From assembly GCF_000150275.1 (NCBI RefSeq), contig NW_002060949.1, forward strand, positions 3,478,449-3,542,448: a stretch of DNA of 64,000 nucleotides. Direction: 5' to 3'. The position numbers and the translations under genes were made by a program. Under the pieces are notes generated by a model. The model had not been told where the DNA came from. It saw nothing but the letters and a program-made list of their open reading frames with translations, and did no database searches. The first letter of the stretch is position 1. The number at the start of each line of letters is the position of its first letter. The stretch comes from Trichoplax adhaerens (Eukaryota > Animalia > Placozoa). This document shows, piece by piece, positions 53,690-64,000 of this stretch.

Positions 53690-54190
53690 TAGCGATCCCT
53701 GTAGATCACTTGATAGCTTTGTCACGGGATATAGGATAGCAATTCGTTGATAGTTTAGTAATAGGATAATAGCGACCATAGGATTGCACCGTTAAACATT
53801 GTGCAGTACGTATACTTGATGTCTTGATTCTTACAGGATAGAGATCTGATAAATTAGTCAATATTTTAGTAATAGGATAATAGCGATGCGTTAAACATTG
53901 TATACTGGATCGATCGATTCTGATCTCCTATGGAATGGCGATTTGATAAATTAGTTGATAATTTAGCAATAGGATAATAGCACGTCGTAGGATTCTTCAC
54001 TTCTAGCAATCGGATAAATTAGTTGATCATTTAGGATAATAGCAATAATAGGATTGCAATAATTGATAATTTAGTCATAAGATATTAGCACATGGTAGGA
54101 TTGTGAGCTATCAAGCATTGTATACTGGATCGACCGATTCTTCATCGCTATGGGATCGCAATCTGGTACATCAGTAGGCAGTCTAGTTAT
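53690..54190. repeat. Degenerate tandem repeat (~70-110-bp units)
   Basis: Recurring gataaattagt...tttag(t/c)aataggataatagc and cattgtatactggatcga blocks at ~53754, 53866, 53962 and 54030. Confidence 0.65.
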
Positions 54191-57100
54191 TCGGTAATCT
54201 CACATCAGAGGATTCTACTGTTTAATTACCTAGCGTTAATGTATTTTAGATCGAGTGATCCTGGCGATCTCGTTAATAAGATGGTTTAATTGCTATGAGA
54301 TGATTCATAACACATCGCAAAGTTCTACTCTATCGTCTACGATTGTATAACTGTTTGATCATAGGATTAATCGATCTCTCTTCTAGTAAGTGTTGCTAAT
54401 TTGAGTTATAGCCAATTACACGATGGCTTTCTAGTCATTAGTAGCATTCCATCACAAAATTCTATCGTGAAGTATTGGCTTGCAAGGCAGGTAAACAACA
54501 AGCTGTTGGGATTGGTGTCTGCTGCTTAGCACATTGTGCATTTGCATGGGATGATTGGATTGTACGTTACTTTATTATGATGGGAATATGGGTGAGATAT
54601 TTACAAGTATGATATTGTTGTCATAAATGTTGTTATCAATGTGCTATGCTTTGCTCGTTGACGGCTGATTGCATTATACTAAATGTTTAGGCGAGGAATA
54701 GGCCTAAATAAGGCCTTGAATCGCAGATAAGTTTGCAGTAATGGAGCAATTTAATGAGACAATTTTCTGTAAAGTACTGAATAGGCGGAGCTGTACCTCT
54801 ATGCAAGGAATACAGTACATGAAGATGATCTGAATCGCTTTCATTTATTACATATTTTTTTTACGCTGTATATTGATATGATAAATTTCACAGCAATCAT
54901 TTAAATCCTTGCTAGCATGATTGGAATATTGTTGTACAACATGGACCTTCAATTCGATGACCAGTACGCGTGCTATATTCATTTGAAGATACTGTAACGA
55001 ATAGGTTATACTCCAAGTGATGGCGAGTAGAAGAGATTGACGATCTATATCATATACGCGTATAATTACAGTTTTTCATCATTCTGCTTAGCAAACAGCT
55101 TTGAAGGATTCCTTGCGCAACTGATATGATACAGGTAGTCTAGAGGAAAGGGATAGTATTGATGCGCAAATGAGTGAAGAATGAGGTAGCTAAGTATGGT
55201 TGAATCATTGGTAGAAGCAGAATAGTGTCTCAACCTCAACAAGAAGAGTTTAGGTTGGGATCTAGCTGCAACGGTGCTGCAAGTTATGCAGGCACGTACA
55301 TTTCACCTTGCAACTTGTCAATGCTGCCTAGCATAAATGATTTTCAGCACTACGTTAGTGTTGGCCGTCTACAGGCCAAACTCGGTAGTCATTTAGCATA
55401 CAGAGTAGGAATACTGTATATTCATTGGAGAATTGCTTTGCAAGCAGCTCAAAGGCGTCGAGTTCGACATTAGCAATACTAACGATAGCACAACCTCCAC
55501 AACCACCACCGTAGGGCAAAGGTTCTCTGCAAGGTAATCTATAGCGTAGTCTTGGTTTGTTTTTCGTAGGCGTATGTTTAATCCTCTCATGACCCATATG
55601 GCATACGGTAGATGGACAATCTACTAGTTTAGGCTACTAGAGCGTAAAACTGCTCTCGTCTTGGAGCTGCATGTTTGTGCTCGTCTAGTGCTCAGAGGCG
55701 TTTCTTGAACTCGGTGTATCATCCAGCATCGACCATACTATATAGCGACATGGATCGACTCTGCTGATGAAAGCGACGTAGACTACCCCAATAAGAGCAT
55801 CCATTTTATAAAACTGCATGTGTCTTGATACAAGACTGTCTTACATGAAGTATGATAATATAGCTTGCCCTGATAATATACAGTACTTGATCTTATTCCG
55901 ATCGCGTAACTATTAGCGCATACTGAAGTGAACCAATACGCCCAAGTTGCACACAGTTAAGCGGAAATGCTTATTGTGAATTGAAGGAGGCTCTACTGAC
56001 GATGACTTTGTGTAGATTTAATTTGCCCGTATTTGTAGCTGATCAATAGGTTATTGATCGAGTAGGCTGAAAGGTTGAATTTAGAGAGGGAATTGCCTGT
56101 ACTATTTGTCCTATTGCTGAATTAGAATAGAAGGTTTCTATACCGGCAATTGGAGCTCTGTCGATGAAAGTGCCTCCTCTAGTAGTATACGTCATGAAGA
56201 GCAAAGTTTCTATCCAATGCTTGCTAGTCAATCTCTTCTAGTGTAGATACACACCGAGAGTAAAGTTGTTCTACTGTACTGTATATGTTGCTAGTGACAG
56301 CAAGATTTCTCCACTTGTTAATGGAGCTGTGGCGATGGCAATAATCGCCTCGAGCAGTCTAGCGTACATCCTAAGAGCAAAATTTCTGTACTTGTTGATG
56401 TAGCTCTGCCGCTGAAAAATGTCTTGTCTCCTATTGTCAAATACACCCTCATGGCAAAGTGAAGAATTCAACGCTAGCATACTCATTTTTTTTTAATAAC
56501 GCCTTGATAAATTTTCCATCACGCTGTTAAGGTACGGACCTGCGAACCCTGCTGAGTTGAAAAATCATTGCAGGGTTGCTTGCAGCACAGTAGGCATGCT
56601 GTGATAATCTGCTCCATCGTAGTACTTCATCCAAGTTGGCCATGCTGCGGGTGGTGGCATCCAATGGTCATGATTAATCAAGATTGAGTCATACCTGCAA
56701 GTCCCTACTTTGCAGTAGGAGGCCTAGAAAAGAACTAACTCATTTGCTTGACTGCATTTTTAGTCCTGATAGGAAAGCATAAAACGACGAAAGCGATCTC
56801 AACCCCGTCTACTGTATTTTAAAAGTCTACCGGCAAAAAGCAAAATGAAACAATCCCACTCTACCCAATGATTGCATACGAATTGCACCATTATGACATG
56901 AAAAAAGACACCAAGTCAATTGATGCTACGACAGGAAAATCTTTGTCCTATCTCACTGTCTAGTCTTGTTTACTAATAGTGAATTCTAATGTTAATTACT
57001 CCATCAATTGCTTTTCCATGTGCACCGCTTGGTGCTGTCCGCCATGATTGAATGGTGCAAACCCTATGCATGTAATATATACGGTATAGTCGATGGAGGA

Positions 57101-59572
57101 CAACCCACATGGCGCTCTTCCATTTTGCCTTGATGGAAGCTGATAGAAACTCCTATTGCTTGAGCAATGTCATCAGTAGCAATTGGATCGTCACTATGGC
57201 GTCTTATTGACCGGCTGATAGACTGACTAGGAGACACGCAGTATTGTAGCCCAAGTTGGTGTCTCGTAGTCATACTGTAGCATAAAGAGTGCCGTTGTGA
57301 TTTCTAGCCAACGAATGGTGGGATCGTTTGCCAGAACGTCAAGTGACTCTTGGGTCCTGTACCCTTGTTTCTGCCTAGTGGAGGACGATGTTACAGTGCT
57401 GTATAGAACAGTCCATTGGTCACTGTATTTTACTATAGAAGCTTGTTGCAACTAGCTTGATATTGTATTTTGGACCGATTGTGGGTAGACTTGAACGCTG
57501 ATTGATTGAACAACAACGCCATGTTGGAGGTATTACTCTGGCTAGAAGCACACACATCTACAGTACAGTATTAGGACTCGATCACTGCAATCCAGAAGAA
57601 ATAATCCTTCCTTCCCCCCCCCCCCCTTCCCTCCTAGTAGCCATACTGTGTATCTTGCGTGGCGATCGAGCCATGAAAGGGGTGAATCGTTCGATGAATG
57701 ACTTGTCTGAGTGAGTCAGTGTGGCAATTATCATGACTAAAGCAACCGCACCCAGGTGACTCATGATACAGTCATGTTCTGGGTGGATGTCACCTGCATA
57801 ACAATAACAACAATAAGTTATTATCTACAGTCAATCACCTGTGCGATCGTGGCTAACCAAAGACAAAAGACTTTCCAAGTCAATTCTCTTTCTTCTTGTT
57901 GATCATCCACGGTGGACGCCATTTCCATCTAATATTGACCAAATGAGTAAGGTCATCATGATGGAAGCTTAGCCAATGCAATGGCAAGAGCAGTATCCAC
58001 ATACTGTGGCCGGCCATTGATGAATGATTAGCTTATGTATGCAAAATTGATTGACTCTTCACATTAAGCATAACATTGAAAAAAAAACATTGAGGGAAAA
58101 AATAAAAATAGCATCATCAAGATTGCTTTTCGATCGATTCATTATCTATTTTTAAAATTAATCTTATCTATCTTTTTGCATATTCAACTTGGTAGGTCTA
58201 TTGTTTGTCTATTCTTTCTATCTACTCTACACTCTGTTATCTATTGTTGAGCGCATTATTGTATTATTTGTCACCGATTCTTTTTTTTTTTTCCACCTGG
58301 AGATTGAATGATTGTTTTCTATGCCAATGATTGGCACGTTGTCCAACAAAAAATGCAATCGCTAGTCATTGCCTTCGGACACCGATCAATCTTGCCTAGT
58401 GGTAACAATAGAATGATGTTCTAGTCCACGCGTTAATACATTTGCATCAGCCTTTTGAGAGCGAGCTAGCAATTGCTTTAGTCGGTAGTAAATACGCGTA
58501 GATCAATTACCTTGATTCAATACACATCATAGCATTTATCATTATTAGCATTCATTTGCCAAACCAATCGATAGAGACAGAGAGAAAGAGAGAGAAATCA
58601 TTTGCGCTCCAGCCAAAATTGAAAAGTGAGATAGCCTTATTTTTTGCGGGCTAGATAGAAATAATTATTATCAATATCCAATGACCTCGTATCGATTAAA
58701 TTGGTACAATAGATAAAAATGAATACAGACTTGGATGCAAAAAGGAGAACGTCCATGTAGAATTAACTGTTGAAATTTGCCACTTGAATTAACATCTTTT
58801 GTGTTGATGTGTTGCTAGTGTGGATGGATAGTTAGCTTATCTTATTACATCTTGATTATTATTTTTATTAGGTTGACTTGGAAATTACAAATTGTCTATC
58901 CACATCATCAACAGAATCCGGTATTGTTATTATCAAGACGATTAAAATAGTAAGTAAAGAATGCAATAGAAAAGTAGTCATCAAGACATGGATAGCTAGG
59001 AGCGTATACTTACTCCATACACATCAATACACAGAAAAAGAAATAAACAAAACTTGTAAAGAATAATCGACTCTACTTTGATCATCATCATCGTCCTCAT
59101 CATAATAGTATTACTCGTAGTAGCCTGGCTAATAGTAGTAGTAAGAAGTATAGTAGTAGACTTGGTGCGCTTTGAAATTTTCATTTTCAATCATTGACAT
59201 TGGCACTGTAAATTATTCAAAAGTCAAGTAAAAAGTTGAAAGCAACTTTTGTCTGTCGAATAGGAAATCGTTCTTTCATTTTACTCTACATAATTCTTCT
59301 TACATTACACGTATAAGCGATTACATAACAACACGTACAACTTTCAATATTAATCGCCTTTAAGTAGAGAGTGAGAAAAAAAAAATTAGACTCAGCAGTC
59401 ATTGGTATTTATATCTCTTTCTTTTCTTTCTTTCTATCGATCAACCTCTACCTGTGTATGTATATATATTTATTGATATATATGCTGAATCGACATCGAC
59501 TTTAAATCAACCATTATCCAATCTCCCACTCCTAAAAAAAAAAAATTGCATTAAAATAATATTGCATAAAAT

Positions 59573-62500
59573 ATGAACAAGATGGGTTTAGAAGAAACGA
59601 TTGATCATCATCGTCAGCAAGACCAACCACAGCAACAGCAAGAGATGAATAAAGATGGACAAGAAATACCTCTAACCAATAATAATAATAATGATCATCA
59701 GAATAAGCTGGAAGCAACGCTTTGCAATAATCAACCCCAGCAAGATATCAACGAAGCCAACAATAAAAATGATCAAGCAACATGCAATGATACAACTACA
59801 ACGACCATAGCTTCTACGCCAGCTGCAAATCAAGATAGTGGCAATAAAACCAATGATAAAACCACTACATCAAGTTATATTCATTATCAACAGAAACCAC
59901 CTTATTTGCAAAAGGATACTACCTATACCAAACTCTTTGTTGGTGGTTTGCCTTATCATACTGATGATGATTCATTACGTGGTTATTTCGCAACTTTTGG
60001 CGAGATTGAAGAAGCTGCCGTAATTTATGATCGACAAACTGGTAAATCCAGAGGATATGGATTTGTAAGTAATCGTTTTCCTATTATTATTTTAGACTTT
60101 ACAGTGGATTATAAGTAGGAAGGAAAGATATGATTTGCATGATCCTTTGTTTGATTGGTTAACGTTGACCATTAAGCAATCTAGCTTTGAAATCCTACAT
60201 CACAGAATGAGCTAAAAGCTATCGTTTTCCAAAAATATCGTATCAATCTATTGACATTATCTTTTCCCCCATAAAAGTAAAATACCCTATCAAAAGAAAA
60301 AATTGGTTGCATGATCCATTCGTAGCCTAATGAATATTATTATTCAATCAGGTTATACATACAATCTTATTTCATACTCTAATAGAATTTCAATGAATCT
60401 AGTTCATAATCGATTTCCCTCTAAAATAGAATACTATAACAAAAAATAGACCTAAAACTTTCCTTATCGCCTGTAGTAAAAATCACAACAGTACGCGCTT
60501 TGTGGTGATAGTAATCGACTTTTCCTTGGATTCAACTTTATTTTATTCATTCATTTTTATGCTATACTGCCGTAATTTTTCAAAATAATATCCTTCTTAG
60601 TTTTATTTTTAGTTTTGATAATGATCGAAATAATATTGATGATTAGGAAATACGAATAGAAAGGAAGATTGATAAGATCTCCTTTGAAAATAGTAATTTT
60701 CCATTTTTTTCATGTCGCTTGATTCCGAAATGATTTTCAAAATTTTTAAATTTTAATAGATCCTATGCATGGCATTGGAAAATGCATTTAAATGATTAAT
60801 AATAATCACTCCATATCTCCATCACGCTAATTACTATAAATCTTTTATCATTTTTTTTCTATTTTTATTAAATGATTTGCATCAACTTTTTCAACTACAG
60901 CTTCCTTAATTCACTACTTGACAAACTAAAGCTATTGTTGTTGTTGTTGTTGATATGATGATTCAATCAAGTCATAGTCTAAGTAGTCAGATATTATTTT
61001 AACTTGGATAGGTAAAACTAACTTATTTTACTTCACAAATTAATGTTGATCTTTCTTGACTTCTTACCGTTATTAATATAACGTTCACAATTTCTTTCAA
61101 TAGTCTACAACATACTAACAATAGATTTTACTTTGGACTTTCAATCTAGTTGATTAAGGAAATGTATTAAATTTTTTTTGTCGTTTTCTCTCGACTCTCG
61201 TCAGCCAACTGTTTAGCAAATAAGGATTGGCTAACTCTTGTTTTTATTTTATTGGCTATGGTAGAGGTGTTGGGCAATGATTCATTACTATCTGCTTAGA
61301 TAATATTCTACAGTTTACCGAGTATATCAACAATAATCATTACTGATTATTTCCATTCCAATTCATTATAATCATGTAATGAATTGTAAAAAATTGGACA
61401 ACTTCTAATTCTATCTTTATTTTCTACTTTAATTGTCCAATTACTTGTTCTAGTTAGTCTTAATACCTAGTAATAGCGAGTACAGTAATAGAGGAAATAA
61501 ACAAAGAAAAAATTCTTTTTCCTCGCTTGTAAAATTAGATTTCCTTCTAAAGTGAGCCATAACAATGTTTAACTTGATCCAGTAGTAAGAAAAAGGGAGA
61601 TAAAATTTGCATCTCTAATCTAATTAGTAATAAATCAAAAATCAATATTAGCATTGATATAGAAATTGAATCACATTTCCCATTTTTCTTCTACCAATAC
61701 CGTTAAATTGCATTTTTATGCTTCGCCAATTTTCCAGCGGGATAAATCGGCGTTGATTTTGGTATTCTAATATATCTATAGTGCATTAATTTATCTATCA
61801 ATTTTTTTGGTCCTACCCTAATACTAGATGATGGAATCAATGGATAGTTTGATGTTCAATCTTTTACTGTAATGAAGATAGGTAATAATGTACTCGAAAA
61901 GTAGATCATACAAGATAAATAAGTTCTATCTGCATAATATCTTAAAACTGAATCTCCATTTTCTTAACCCATACTGTGAATAAGTGCAAAGATAATAGTT
62001 TGTATGACATAAGAATCTTACTTATCCAATTTTCATGATAAAAGAGACAAGTGCATCCAGGATCTATAACAATGATGATCTGCATCCTTTGTAGAGACTG
62101 TAAAGAGAGGATAGAATTTATATTCCAAGATCCAAATTGATTTCATTTTGATTTAGAAGATCAACATAAATCCCCGGAGATCGGATATTAGTACTGGATA
62201 ATATTATCCTCAGTAATTGAATTACACTAGAATGGAGATATTTTTTCAATTTAAAAGTTATTCTTTTCCTCCTTTTCAAGCTCTATAATACAATCTACTA
62301 ATAGACTTGTTCTTTAAAACTTATATTTTTACAGCTTTTTTCTTAATCAAGACATCGTATTTTATTTTGTCATTAATGACTGGAAAAGTAAACGAGATAT
62401 TAAAGAGATATTGAATTAGTCAATGCAATTTATCCAATCGTTAGGACAAAAAATATTAAATTTGATCCACTTGATAAATCATCAATATCATTGATGATGG

Positions 62501-63408
62501 ACTGAAATTTTATCTTGATGAAATCAAGCAACAAGAAATTCCATCGTTCTAGTTATTTGTGAAAGTCTGTTTTCATCGGAATCTATAGAATAATTACAGG
62601 AAAAAAACTATAGTGATAATCTATTATGATCAAGATTGAATGACTACGAGTATACGTTATATTGGACGGTATTAATCATTGCAAAAACAACCGGATATTC
62701 TGTTTAAGCTGTAATTAAATAATCATTTGTTCCTTCTTTTCTTCATTGACTATTATCCCATCATTTTTATTTTCTTTTTTTAAAGTATTGTTTGCCTTTT
62801 ATTCTTTTCTCTTAATAAATTGAATTGTGTTTTAAATTAAATTAATTTCTCTTTTTTTGTCTGTAACGTTTGTTAAATTATTCATATATAGAAGTAATCG
62901 AATTGAAATCAATGAAGCTGATTGTGCGTTATAGGCCTTCTTGTTAAGTTTATCATCAGTCATGGCAAATATTCATTTGATTTCTCGATACCTATTTCTA
63001 TTTTCTACCCTATTCGTCGACAATGTCAATAACCATATGATCAAAGTATTCTTTCCTGTTCTCTATCATCCCCAATTTGAATGTACAACATGTTACCACT
63101 CCATCTATTTTTTCTCCGCCTCTATAAAAATTAATTTAACTAATTGAAAATAGATATTACAAACGATTAGTGTTAAAATTAAATAATCAATTTCTTATAA
63201 ATCAATCTTTTCAACCCCCAACAGGTGACTATGGTGGACAAAGAAGGAGCTACTCGTGCATGCAAGGATACAAATCCAATTATTGATGGTCGTAAAGCTA
63301 ACGTTAATTTAGCTTACCTTGGCGCTAAACAACGTCCTAATGGCAACGGTTATTATCAAAATGGAACAGTACCAAATCATGTTAATATGAATAATAATTA
63401 TAACCAAG
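59573..63408 (+). CDS. RBM24: RNA-binding protein RBM24/RBM38 (SUP-12 family); exons 59573-60064 and 63225-63408; 3' end unresolved
   Basis: [50 protein letters not shown]|[35 protein letters not shown] is the diagnostic RBM24/38 RRM. Donors are gtaagt at 60065 and 63409. Confidence 0.95.
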
Positions 63409-63544
63409 GTAAGTTGGATTAATTCTCAACCGTTATTAGCTGTCATTCAATATGGTAGTTTAATACAAAAAGTATAAAACTGATGCATTAGATCTACTTT
63501 AATTTGGATACTTGAGCTGGGCTTCCTTGATTGCCTTTTTTAAT

Positions 63545-63755
63545 CGTAACATGGAAGCAGATTGATTACTACGGTACTAACGATGATAGAATAAGATATC
63601 AACCATATTAACATGGAAGTAGATTGACTGATTGATTAATGTAGTACCAACGATGATAGAATAAGATATTAGCTATGTTAACATGGAAGTAGATTGACTA
63701 ATGTACGGGACGATAGAATAGAATATCAGCCATGTCAACATAGAAATAGATTGCC
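63545..63755. repeat. Degenerate intronic minisatellite (3-4 copies, ~58-70 bp)
   Basis: aacatggaagtagattgact...cgatgatagaataagatat recurs at ~63548, 63610, 63680 and 63737. Confidence 0.8.
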
Positions 63756-64000
63756 GAAATTTTCAAAAGATAAAATAACCCAAACACGGACATTAAGAGT
63801 TATTTCTATATGTATATGTAATATATTGTCAGAGCACCATCGTGATGGAAATAGAGAACACACATTAACAAGTCAGAATAGATCAGCTATTGAAACAACG
63901 TTGTCGTAATTTATTATCCTTTCGTGCATCTACTGATTCCTATTTAAGGTAGAATGCAGTCACGAAAGTAGTGCTTCATATCCAATGAGAGTAGTAATAA

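Noticed and set aside
55225-57764. Cluster of 60-82-aa ORFs and a CTGATGA hammerhead-like core at ~55765
   Set aside because: ORF excess is explained by higher GC content, and the core lacks a correctly placed stem II/GAAA.
63949-64000. Possible third RBM24/38 exon after tttaag or gtag
   Set aside because: Two acceptors 4 nt apart give either an early stop or an unrecognised frame; this cannot be resolved at the window edge.

Overview
AT-rich, compact eukaryotic (animal) genomic DNA with short GT-AG introns. The composition, intron size and gene set are consistent with an early-branching metazoan such as a placozoan (Trichoplax-like); this is inference, not a database result. Spliced genes reconstructed by hand, in order: SLC35E1-like transporter (-, runs off the left edge), fukutin (+), an unrecognised multi-exon candidate gene (-), VMAC-like coiled-coil protein (-), cytoplasmic poly(A)-binding protein (+), a mitochondrial carrier of the SLC25A42/ADNT1/YPR011c group (-), MORN2 (+), VCPKMT/METTL21D (-), cyclase-associated protein CAP (+) and RBM24/38 (+, probably runs off the right edge). 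Non-coding features are a 143-bp tandem array at 10.5-12.0 kb, dense CAGTA/TACTG motif clusters at divergent promoters, and an ~18-kb gene-poor stretch upstream of RBM24/38. The most notable observations are a 5-nt microexon that restores the SLC35E1 frame, the promoter-associated TACAGT motif clusters, an A-rich autoregulatory-type leader in PABP, and a gene missed by the ORF track. No CRISPR array, tRNA, rRNA or intact transposon was recognised.
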